Below are positions 53,901 to 61,394 of a stretch of DNA of 64,000 bases, piece by piece (the first letter of the stretch is position 1; every line of letters starts with the position of its first letter). Origin of the DNA: Treponema sp. (lineage in GTDB: Bacteria > Spirochaetota > Spirochaetia > Treponematales > Breznakiellaceae). The stretch spans positions 1,344-65,343 of the forward strand of contig WQWD01000001.1 of NCBI GenBank assembly GCA_009785545.1, given 5' to 3'. The notes under the pieces are model-generated. The model was not told the origin of the DNA. It did not search any database and saw nothing but the letters and a program-made list of their open reading frames with translations. A program made the translations under genes and the position numbers.

Positions 53901-54245
53901 AGGGCGACAAATGCCATCGATAAAATTACAGTTCTGGACGAATCCATTGACAAGATTGAAAAACGTATCGCCGACATGAATGTCGCCCGTGAATGGGTAG
54001 CAAAAATCGAAACCAGATTAAACGAAATAAACAAAGAGGCAAAAGAACACGTTAAACTGATCAAAGGTCTTTTTGAAAGCGAAAAAGGAAAAGCGCAAGC
54101 CGGCGAAGGCGCTCCGCCGCCGCAGGTACGTGACAACATCAGAAGGCTGTACGAACAAGGCTGGAAAATCGAGGAAATTGCTAAAGCCATGAAGCGTTCG
54201 ATTGGCGAAATCGAACTAACGCTGGAAATAATTACACGGCGATAA
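50928..54245 (+). CDS. SpiroCoCo-family spirochaete coiled-coil membrane protein
   Basis: N-terminal TM followed by YRMTDKNYRSLDKIKKF, about 1000 aa of coiled coil, and C-terminal HTH-like LYEQGWKIEEIAKAMKRSIGEIELTLE. Confidence 0.8.
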   Translation: MFTIGNIITLALVVCFLIAYRMTDKNYRSLDKIKKFADKCRDDLAVFVEEKSMAVKNFGIDLEIERKAAAQLMKKLTDEEIARKSEALARIDGHIKAFEASLEELFGMTDRVQENLSRIRDESAFVENTNKRVTETKEKFEQIEKALEAAARNLKDTEEYLGKKNAERLEQTAEEVLASAKSYLSDFEATAQVIERKVEEHRGAITKAERERETVLNQDMEQIKKFAKDILESAGKRADKLEDAALVKLREAAHGRVNQIKTFFEEKIKTTQDTLKAEQGTINDKIKTVHDKCSAEISDISTKYKNTYHQWVKESTELDTMAKKQREDITSSLAEFKKTAEKQHKDLETTITNTKNELNKSIVDLCSSSQTAVKQQQDELALTISYLKENTETAVKSQQTELSSTLKKIKENTETAANSQQAELGSTLQKIKQDSQTAVLEQKNEIDFMLKELKEKSNTAYTNQLDDLNNALGKQTEEWKSICANTEQNIISANDKRIDEYSKSHDEAVRQLVSLADDAAALETELRKSMQEVIVRVKNDFSSFEKEAGMSMDTAAAEFDTRAKKLHEELDSTNKELDEIRQQAHDNVSEKLAVFETNFTAELGKRASEIGRQIADWQGGILERFTNSEEKISQDWQNAAQRINMEQRNTISAMSDQLTSDLDRLKQETSAFEIGIREEMRSVDEARVSFTEQLKHNLSEMRTSSENEVKTQVGQHQISMQEVLLQKQRELEKELEVISTHCSNEYSVLEDTARNTRLSLDDWQTAYIARMREMDENLDKLGRNSRDMAAENDERSAQFRANLEDIRKELSVQKKIFDQTEDLNHGLERRREEINTDLNRLEQRKNEIAELENQLNHVRRLGDDVNNKMTRFLSENRRIELMEESFTRLLKTSAAVDDKLKSVSSSNDILQAEQVKIRKLEEAIKDTEEKYHRIEKKNEVLEETSEAIDRNFKALQKTEAAVKNAENTISSLSDQFEKIHTSIEELAEQNERATNAIDKITVLDESIDKIEKRIADMNVAREWVAKIETRLNEINKEAKEHVKLIKGLFESEKGKAQAGEGAPPPQVRDNIRRLYEQGWKIEEIAKAMKRSIGEIELTLEIITRR
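52035..52298 (+). repeat. Four degenerate 66-bp (22-aa) tandem units inside the coiled-coil gene
   Basis: QTAVKQQQDELALTISYLKENT / ETAVKSQQTELSSTLKKIKENT / ETAANSQQAELGSTLQKIKQDS / QTAVLEQKNEIDFMLKELKEKS. Confidence 0.75.
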
Positions 54246-55048
54246 TGAATAAAGAAACATGGAATACTTTCCAAAAGACAAGAGAACAATTTCGCAATTT
54301 GGTTAACGAACTTTCAGAGTCACTGCCAGGTTTAAGGGACATTCAGCAAGAATTTGTTAATAACCGCAGTGAAAACGCTGAAGAAAACTCTAACGGAAAC
54401 TCTGTCTATACGGTAGAAACGCCGGTTGTATACAACACAGCGTTAGACGATATAACAATAAACGATGAGATCAAGCTGATTTTAGTCGCAGACAATCCCG
54501 GGCGCAGAGAACAGCTTGCAGAAAACAGACGTTATCTTGTCGGGCCGTCGGGGAAAATCGCTCAAAAATTTTTCCGTGATAATCCGTCTTTGGGAATTGA
54601 TTTTCAAAAAAACGTGATTATTCTTAACAAAACGCCGATTCACACTCCACGTACTGCGGATTTGCGTAAACTTTGCCGAGTCAACAATGAGCAAAAGACA
54701 AAGAACCATCAAATCTTAGGTTTGGAACAATTGTCTGAAGTTTTAAAAGATTCGCAAAAGACTATGGCAGAATTGTTATTTAAATTTCATGAAGCGTTTG
54801 GCTGCCCAGTATGGATAATCGGGTATTCAGAGATGCGCAACAAAGGAATTTTTGAAGTTTATACGGAAAGCCTAAAACAAATATATACAGTTAATAAAAA
54901 TTTATATAAACATATTTACCTTTACCGCCATTTTTCCATGAACCAATTTACAATTGATCTGAATAAGCAGGCGTTGCCGGAAGAAACCACCGCAAAAAGC
55001 CTGAAACGGATTGGAACGGCTTATAAACAGCGGATACTCGGATTGTAG
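54245..55048 (+). CDS. Hypothetical protein, uracil-DNA-glycosylase-like fold suspected
   Basis: ILVADNPGRREQ..YLVGPSGK, ILNKTP and YRHFS echo UDG-superfamily motifs. TAATG coupling to the upstream gene. Confidence 0.55.
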   Translation: MNKETWNTFQKTREQFRNLVNELSESLPGLRDIQQEFVNNRSENAEENSNGNSVYTVETPVVYNTALDDITINDEIKLILVADNPGRREQLAENRRYLVGPSGKIAQKFFRDNPSLGIDFQKNVIILNKTPIHTPRTADLRKLCRVNNEQKTKNHQILGLEQLSEVLKDSQKTMAELLFKFHEAFGCPVWIIGYSEMRNKGIFEVYTESLKQIYTVNKNLYKHIYLYRHFSMNQFTIDLNKQALPEETTAKSLKRIGTAYKQRILGL

Positions 55049-55069
55049 GCTCGGTGTTTTGCACCCAAT

Positions 55070-55168
55070 GTTTTAAAAACGCACTTTTAAAACCCCAGAA
55101 TATTGCAAAGTTTTAAAAGTGTACTTTTAAAACTCAGCGAAATTTGCAAGTTTTTAAAATGCACTTTG
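55070..55168. repeat. Three palindromic boxes at an exact 40-bp period
   Basis: GTTTTAAAAACGCACTTTTAAAAC (55070), GTTTTAAAAGTGTACTTTTAAAAC (55110), GTTTTTAAAATGCACTTTG (55150). Confidence 0.85.
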
Positions 55169-55173
55169 TTTTG

Positions 55174-55202
55174 TTGACATAAAAAAAACTATTCTGTATA
55201 AT
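55174..55202 (+). promoter_or_regulatory. Consensus sigma70 promoter, probably leaderless transcript
   Basis: TTGACA-17nt-TATAAT. The ATG follows 6 nt after the -10 box and there is no RBS. Confidence 0.88.
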
Positions 55203-55208
55203 AAAAAT

Positions 55209-56426
55209 ATGGCAAATTTGAACTTTATTGACAGGGAAGATTATCTAAATACTCTTGTATCATTTAAAGATAAAGGGGTTATAAAAGTCATTACCGGGAT
55301 TAGGCGCTGCGGAAAATCCACTTTACTTTTAAAAATTTTTACAGAATGGTTGAAGAAAAACGGAGTATCCAACGAACAAATTATTGCTATAGACCTTGAA
55401 TTAAAAACAAATTCTCATTTGTGTGACGAACAAGAGCTATATCGTTATATAAAGTCCAAAATTGTTAAAAATAGCCCAAATTATGTCTTAATCGATGAAG
55501 TCCAAAATTGTGCTGGATTTCAAAAAGCGATAGCAAGCTTACATAAAGAAGGGATCGATGTTTACATCACAGGCTCAAATGCCTTTATTTTATCTGGTGA
55601 GCTGGCAACTTTTTTAAGCGGAAGATACGTACAAATTAAGATGCTGCCTTTATCGTTTAAAGAATTTGTGAATGCGCAAAAACAAAGTCTTGAACATATA
55701 TCTTTAGAAAAATTATACCAAAAATATATCCAAATTGGAAGTTTTCCGCAAGTAACAGAATTTGGTGAAAATGAAAAACTTATCGGAGAATATTTGGATG
55801 CTATTTATAATACTATTTTTAAAAAGGATATAATAGATCGAAGATCAATCGCTAACCCTGCAATGCTTGAAGATGTGATAAAATTTGTTTTTGATAATAT
55901 TGGTTGTTTGCTTTCATCAAAAAAAATAAGCGACACCATGACTTCAAATGGGCGAAAGATTTCACAACCAACAATTGAAAACTATTTAACTTATCTCGAA
56001 GAAGCTTTTCTTATCTATAAAGCAAATAGGTACGACATCAAAGGTAAAGAATACCTAAAATCATTATCAAAATATTATATTGCTGATTTGGGAATGCGAA
56101 ACTATCTTTTAAATTATCACGGAATGGACAAAGGGCGTATGCTCGAAAACATAATTTACCTCGAACTTTTAAAAAGAGGGTACAAAATTCACATAGGTAA
56201 AGTAGACACAAATGAAGTAGATTTCATAGCTACAAAAGGCGGTGAAATAAAATATATCCAAGTAGCAGAAACAATAAGCAGTCAGGAAACTCTAAAAAGA
56301 GAAATTTCTCCATTTAAGCAAATTAAGGACTTTCATCAGCGGATTTTAATTACACTGGATTACGATCCAAATGTATCGTATGACGGAATACTGCACATTA
56401 ACGCCCTTGACTTTTTGATGAACTAG
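55209..56426 (+). CDS. AAA_14 ATPase with DUF4143 C-terminal domain
   Basis: Walker A GIRRCGKST, Walker B LIDEVQ, ITGSNA, KYYIADLGMRN, LENIIYLEL and EVDFIA..YIQV. Confidence 0.93.
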   Translation: MANLNFIDREDYLNTLVSFKDKGVIKVITGIRRCGKSTLLLKIFTEWLKKNGVSNEQIIAIDLELKTNSHLCDEQELYRYIKSKIVKNSPNYVLIDEVQNCAGFQKAIASLHKEGIDVYITGSNAFILSGELATFLSGRYVQIKMLPLSFKEFVNAQKQSLEHISLEKLYQKYIQIGSFPQVTEFGENEKLIGEYLDAIYNTIFKKDIIDRRSIANPAMLEDVIKFVFDNIGCLLSSKKISDTMTSNGRKISQPTIENYLTYLEEAFLIYKANRYDIKGKEYLKSLSKYYIADLGMRNYLLNYHGMDKGRMLENIIYLELLKRGYKIHIGKVDTNEVDFIATKGGEIKYIQVAETISSQETLKREISPFKQIKDFHQRILITLDYDPNVSYDGILHINALDFLMN

Positions 56427-56531
56427 TGTTCTGTAATATTCGGTTAGCGGAATGACAAAGTGCGTTAATTCCTTATGTCATAAGGAATTAACTTATCAGG
56501 TATTGTGTCATTTGAATATTACAGAACACTA
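56424..56531. mobile_element. 108-bp MITE-like element with TA ends
   Basis: 18-bp perfect inverted ends TAGTGTTCTGTAATATTC / GAATATTACAGAACACTA. Internal perfect 14-bp palindrome GTTAATTCCTTATG-T-CATAAGGAATTAAC. Confidence 0.7.
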
Positions 56532-56593
56532 ATTTTATACGCTTTACAAAAACAACAAAGTATTTGCGTTGGCTCGTTAAAAGCAAAACAAGC

Positions 56594-57532
56594 TTAGTAT
56601 GGCGGAGACCAATTCCAAACGTCATCGCTAAAGGTATAAATTCCAGCTCCATGTATGGCGTAGGCTTCTTCAAAGCCCATTCCAAAAACATCGGTATTTT
56701 GATCCCCTGTAAATATTATTCCTTCGCCAATACTTACGCTTGTAACAGGATTGTTTGTGAATGCGGTTCTATCGATAGCTCTTACGTGGCCGGGAATGGT
56801 AACAGATGTCAGGTTATTGCCGAAAAACACCCCTTCGACAAGAACGACTATATAATTGGGAAGTGTTAAGCTGCTTATCTGGTTATGGGCAAACGCTCCT
56901 CGGCCAATCCTTGAAATGTTGTCAGGAATTACCAAAGTCTCAAGGGCATTATTCGCAAACGCCACTTCTCCAATTTCGAATACTCCAGTTCCGAAATCAA
57001 TGTTGGTTATCATGTTGTCAACAAATGCTCCCGCACTAATTCTGCCGAGGGAGTTGGAAATCCTTAGGTTTGTAATTCGGTTATTTGCAAAGGCGTTTGG
57101 GTAAAGGTGTTGCACACTGTCAGGGAGTTTAAGCGTTTCAATAACATTGTCTGCAAACGCCGAGGGGCCAATAACATTTACACCGTACTGAATTGTCAAA
57201 ACTTTTATGTTATTTTCCGCAAAGGCAAATTCGTCAATAAAAACAACACTACCCGGAATTTCAACATTGGTAAGTAAATTGTTGTTAAACGCATTGGATA
57301 AAATCAATTCTACAGTATTTGGAATTTCAACAGCCGTGATTCCCATATACATAAATTCTGTGGTACCAATAAACGTGACAGGAAAACCGTCTCTTTCGGA
57401 TGGAATAACGAGTATGTTTTCACCAGGGATATAAACACGGTTTGCCCTATACCCAAAAAACAAGATACCGAAGACAATGGCAAATAGAATAAATACAGCA
57501 ATTACTATTATCTTATAAGATTTAACAGCCAC
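56594..57532 (-). CDS. BspA-type leucine-rich repeat (LRR_5) membrane-anchored protein
   Basis: N-terminal TM and about 9 units of L..V.IP..V..I...AF..N. Confidence 0.88.
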   Translation of the reverse strand: MAVKSYKIIVIAVFILFAIVFGILFFGYRANRVYIPGENILVIPSERDGFPVTFIGTTEFMYMGITAVEIPNTVELILSNAFNNNLLTNVEIPGSVVFIDEFAFAENNIKVLTIQYGVNVIGPSAFADNVIETLKLPDSVQHLYPNAFANNRITNLRISNSLGRISAGAFVDNMITNIDFGTGVFEIGEVAFANNALETLVIPDNISRIGRGAFAHNQISSLTLPNYIVVLVEGVFFGNNLTSVTIPGHVRAIDRTAFTNNPVTSVSIGEGIIFTGDQNTDVFGMGFEEAYAIHGAGIYTFSDDVWNWSPPY

Positions 57533-58128
57533 CTTCTTTCCTCCCTTGAATAAACATCCCTTGGCGCATTTCGTATTCTGTTTCTAAAGAGCCTGAGATG
57601 CTCTACAGCTAACCCGGAATAACGCGGATCATGATGAATTGCTACTAAAAAGCTTTCTTCGGCCTGCTCAATATTTCCTGTAAGGATATGCACAACCCCT
57701 GCAACATGGCTGAGCCATGCGTCATTTTGCGAACTTGAATAAAAGTTGCGTCCAAGCACATTTATATCTTCAAGGGCACGAGCATATTCACCTGCGTTTA
57801 TAAATGCAAGCACCCTGAGCCCGACTGCACTAACACGCATACGACCGTAATGGACAAGAACCTTGTTTATGTCTTCCAGTGCAAGCAGAGGTTCGCCTGC
57901 TTTAATGAAGGCGGCAGCTCTGTCAAGCAAGCCATCGACATCATTTGCACGAGGCTCATTAAAATTTGAAGCGACTCCGCGATGCACATACAAAGGCCCT
58001 GCATCAGGGAAGCCGTAAAAAAGGAATGGCTGATCTTCTTCCCTGACACAAGAAGAGAATAATCCGCAAAAAAACATCACTGTTGCTGTTATACAAATAG
58101 TCCAAAACCAATTTTTTTTGAAGATCAT
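57508..58128 (-). CDS. TPR-repeat lipoprotein
   Basis: Start moved to MIFKKN (AAGGAGA RBS). Lipobox FSS-C. Helices ALEDINK, GEYARALEDIN and GNIEQAEESF..AI..DP. Confidence 0.75.
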   Translation of the reverse strand: MIFKKNWFWTICITATVMFFCGLFSSCVREEDQPFLFYGFPDAGPLYVHRGVASNFNEPRANDVDGLLDRAAAFIKAGEPLLALEDINKVLVHYGRMRVSAVGLRVLAFINAGEYARALEDINVLGRNFYSSSQNDAWLSHVAGVVHILTGNIEQAEESFLVAIHHDPRYSGLAVEHLRLFRNRIRNAPRDVYSREERRWLLNLIR

Positions 58129-58154
58129 TGTCTCTCCTTGATAGAATCTTGATA

Positions 58155-59648
58155 TTACCAATCTTTAGTATGATTTCCGCCGTTGTTGATTACAGGCTGG
58201 CCAAAAACAAATAACGATGTGATACTCATGTATCCGGCTTGTGTCAACCTGCGCTGCCCTCCAATTGAAATTGTCTGGATATCTATAGGAAAATCAAAGC
58301 CTAAATAATCTCTTTTTTGAGTCATTCTGTCTATCAAATCGTCAAATTGAGCATCGGTAATATTAAAAGCATTATCAGTAGCGGCAACAGAAACAGACCT
58401 TAACCCTCTGTAATGAATAATACCAAATTGGCTGTAACTATATGCAGGATTAAAAATCATATTACCAGATTCGGGAGGATATTCAACTTTTCCGGCTTCA
58501 AAAAAACGCCCGTTGTAAAATTTAATTGTAAAATTAAAAATGCAATTACCTTCTAAAGACAAATCCACAATCGGCGGAACTACAGTTGTAGAATTAAGAC
58601 GGCTATTACCTGGGTTAAGTTCTATTGACAAAGGTCCAAAGCGCCTATTTGCCTCATAATAAAATAAGGCACTGCCGCCGGGCCTCCTGCCGCCTTCTAC
58701 AAACCCAAGAGTGTTGGGATAACTGGCAACACCCCAACCGTCACTGCTGCCAAAACTTGCGGGGTTGGGATTCACGCTAAAGTTTAAGTGCTCGAATATT
58801 GTTGTAAATGTTCCGCCGGGAGGAGCATTCGGAATCCAGGCGCCATAGTTTTCTTCTCTTACCAGAATTATAAATTGTTCGATATCGCCGCCAACTATAC
58901 CATCCGCTGCCGCTCCGCCAAGGATTTGCGCACGCAAAAATAGAATAAAATCAGACAGCGCCTGCCCTCCGACCTGCTCTGTCATTCCATACCAGTGCCA
59001 ATCACTCCATTGATCGGGAAGAATTGTATGGTAAGTACCGTCCCTTAACCTGTGAGTCCCGGAAGGATAAGGAAATCCTGTTCCGTCGTATTCCCAATCT
59101 CTTGCTATATCCGCGCCATCAATATCCCAAATCTCAAAACCGTCCAGCAAATTTGCCTTCATTATTGCTTCAAGAGTTTGATGTACAATAGGCAAATCAG
59201 CATCTGGTATTGTAGAAAAAGTTACCCCGTCATGCCCGCCTCTAACTCCAAGTAAAACTTTTATTCCAGCTTCCTGGAGAGGTCTGATATGAGTGTTACG
59301 CCGTAGAAACAAACCCGCCAGCCAGGGAGGAGTATAAATAGATACGCCCGTTCCACTCTGCCTCAATTCCAGCGAACCCAAAATGACATAGTCAAAAAAT
59401 TGCGTTCCGTCTGCAAGAACATAATACAGGGCATTGAGCGGGTTGTATCTTTCGGTATCTATATACAACGCTACCCTGGTAATATCTGTCGGGAAAGCCA
59501 ACGGGTTGATTTGAAACTTTGCAGTAGGATCATCCGCATAAAAGGGCAATAACCCGGGAGCCCCCGGGCAAGAAATAATTGTAATTGTCAGCAAATTAAT
59601 GGCAACTAATGTACAAATATGTTTTAGGTAACGGTGTTTTTTTAACAT
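58155..59648 (-). CDS. GH18 EndoF/EndoH-like lipoprotein with a degenerate catalytic motif
   Basis: Lipobox IIS-CP. YNPLNA..Y.L.DG..FFDYVIL and HIRPLQEAGIKVLLGV.GGHDG. DGFEIWDID replaces DGxxxDxE. Confidence 0.75.
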   Translation of the reverse strand: MLKKHRYLKHICTLVAINLLTITIISCPGAPGLLPFYADDPTAKFQINPLAFPTDITRVALYIDTERYNPLNALYYVLADGTQFFDYVILGSLELRQSGTGVSIYTPPWLAGLFLRRNTHIRPLQEAGIKVLLGVRGGHDGVTFSTIPDADLPIVHQTLEAIMKANLLDGFEIWDIDGADIARDWEYDGTGFPYPSGTHRLRDGTYHTILPDQWSDWHWYGMTEQVGGQALSDFILFLRAQILGGAAADGIVGGDIEQFIILVREENYGAWIPNAPPGGTFTTIFEHLNFSVNPNPASFGSSDGWGVASYPNTLGFVEGGRRPGGSALFYYEANRRFGPLSIELNPGNSRLNSTTVVPPIVDLSLEGNCIFNFTIKFYNGRFFEAGKVEYPPESGNMIFNPAYSYSQFGIIHYRGLRSVSVAATDNAFNITDAQFDDLIDRMTQKRDYLGFDFPIDIQTISIGGQRRLTQAGYMSITSLFVFGQPVINNGGNHTKDW

Positions 59649-59661
59649 TTATTCCTCCTGA

Positions 59662-61191
59662 CTAAAGAGACATTGTAAATCCAAGAGGCACACTAAATTT
59701 TTGATTAACATCTCTTGTGTCTCTGACATTTCTGACAAATGGTAAAGGATTCCTTTGCGTATTAGCAGCGGAAGAAACTCTTTCAACCAATAATGTGTAA
59801 TTAAAAGCCGCAAAAAATTCGATATTTTCGTTTAATCTCCATGTAAGGCGAGGCTCAATAGTAGTCTCATTCATAATAAGCCATATATCACCGGCTGTGT
59901 CGGAGCGGCGCAGATTACGAGCGTAAATACCGACATTCCAGTTTTCGTCTATATGGTAAAACACTCCAAAACCGTTCCAAAGTATCCGGCGTTCAATCTC
60001 TGCGTAAGCTCCTCCTATTATATAGTGCAATACATTTCGATTAAGCTGCGTGCCGGAAAGTCTGAATATTGTATAGTCCTTGTCATTCCAAAAACTAAAA
60101 TTATGGTCGGTTCGTATGGTAAAGTTCGGGATGCCCGTGAAACGGGCATTTAAATTTATACCCTGTTTAAATACCAAAGGCCAGGTAGTTGCATGTTCAA
60201 TAGATTGTCCGGCTGTCGCAAAAGCGTCAAGGTATCTTGTTATATTTGCCGCCCAGCCCAAAGTTACAGCAAAGTCCTGCGTGGGAGTAAGGCTTGCAAA
60301 AGCACCAATATTGTGAGTGAATACCTCTGCGTCGGCGCTTATAGGATGAAGAGAGCCGCCGATTGTAGCAGTCCGAAACCTACTGGCAACACTTTCGTAA
60401 CGGACATTGTACGAGATATTCGTACTGCCCCATTCGCCCAAGTCCCAGCCAATCCTGCCCGAGTATTCCCAAACACGGCTCATGATAACTTCGCCGTCCC
60501 AAAATGTCGGGCGGCTGTATATCATATTTGTTATTTCATTGGTAGTAGCGACACCTGCTATCGACAATGGACCCCAAAAAAATTCCAGCATAAGTCCCTG
60601 GTCGCCCCTGATATTATCAGGATTAACATAAGAATTCCATGCTCCAAAAGTGCTGCCTGTATAGACCCTCATCCCGGGATCTGCACCAAGCGCATCGGCA
60701 AATTCAGCGTCGATATCACCTGCGCTTAAACGGAAATTGGGAGTAAATTGAACCCAAGCCATAAAGCCACCCAAACCCCCTCCGTCAACGGCTATTCTGC
60801 CGCCAAATCTTTCGGTTTCATAAGCTACAGTGATATGGGCATCTTCAAAAAAATTCCTGTCTACAGGGCCGATGTTAAACACAGAAAAGTCAAAACCGGT
60901 GTTCTCCCAGTTCATTCTGTCATTTCGATTCGAGTATCTTTGGCTTTCAAACTGGAACATACTCAGTCTTATATTTGTCATTGCGCTTAATCGGCCGTCA
61001 AAAAAACCATTCCCGTGCATAGAAGTTAAAATAGAATGATTATCACGGGTAAAAGCAAGAACATCTGACGGCATCGCGGGGACTTCCTCGTGAATACCCG
61101 CAGTATCTATAATACCCGGATATTCCGCTTCTTGCGCGAAAACAGGACTCATGATCATCAGCGCAAAAATGGCGCATAAAAAAAATCTCAT
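59662..61191 (-). CDS. Predicted outer-membrane beta-barrel protein (paralogue 3)
   Basis: SPI signal (VFA-QE). ERFGGRI..AWVQFTPNFRLSAG, HNIGAFASL, GINLNARFTGIPNFTIRTDHNFSF. C-terminus FSVPLGFTMSL. Confidence 0.75.
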   Translation of the reverse strand: MRFFLCAIFALMIMSPVFAQEAEYPGIIDTAGIHEEVPAMPSDVLAFTRDNHSILTSMHGNGFFDGRLSAMTNIRLSMFQFESQRYSNRNDRMNWENTGFDFSVFNIGPVDRNFFEDAHITVAYETERFGGRIAVDGGGLGGFMAWVQFTPNFRLSAGDIDAEFADALGADPGMRVYTGSTFGAWNSYVNPDNIRGDQGLMLEFFWGPLSIAGVATTNEITNMIYSRPTFWDGEVIMSRVWEYSGRIGWDLGEWGSTNISYNVRYESVASRFRTATIGGSLHPISADAEVFTHNIGAFASLTPTQDFAVTLGWAANITRYLDAFATAGQSIEHATTWPLVFKQGINLNARFTGIPNFTIRTDHNFSFWNDKDYTIFRLSGTQLNRNVLHYIIGGAYAEIERRILWNGFGVFYHIDENWNVGIYARNLRRSDTAGDIWLIMNETTIEPRLTWRLNENIEFFAAFNYTLLVERVSSAANTQRNPLPFVRNVRDTRDVNQKFSVPLGFTMSL

Positions 61192-61260
61192 TTTAAACTC
61201 CTTTGCTATAAATTAATGTGCTAAAAGTTAATACATTTTAAAAATTTTAAAAAATTAAGA

Positions 61261-61379
61261 ATGGAGATGTCCGAAAAGTTAAAAACTTCTTCGGACACCT
61301 CCGTATCACATTTGCCTGTGAGAGGCATAAGCCTCTCACAAACAGTCGGACACTCCGTCAGATATTGACGGAATGTCCG
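61261..61379 (-). promoter_or_regulatory. Three tandem stem-loops upstream of barrel gene 3
   Basis: Plus-strand text: GGAGATGTCCGAA..TTCGGACACCTCC; TGTGAGAGGC-ATAA-GCCTCTCACA; CGGACACTCCGTCA-GATAT-TGACGGAATGTCCG. The internal A/C mismatches become G-U on the minus strand. Confidence 0.7.
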
Positions 61380-61394
61380 TGGAATGTCCGTAGA

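Noticed and set aside
55070-55168. 40-bp periodic repeats as a mini CRISPR array
   Set aside because: Only three degenerate units, with ~16-nt linkers that resemble each other, and no cas genes. An operator array fits better.
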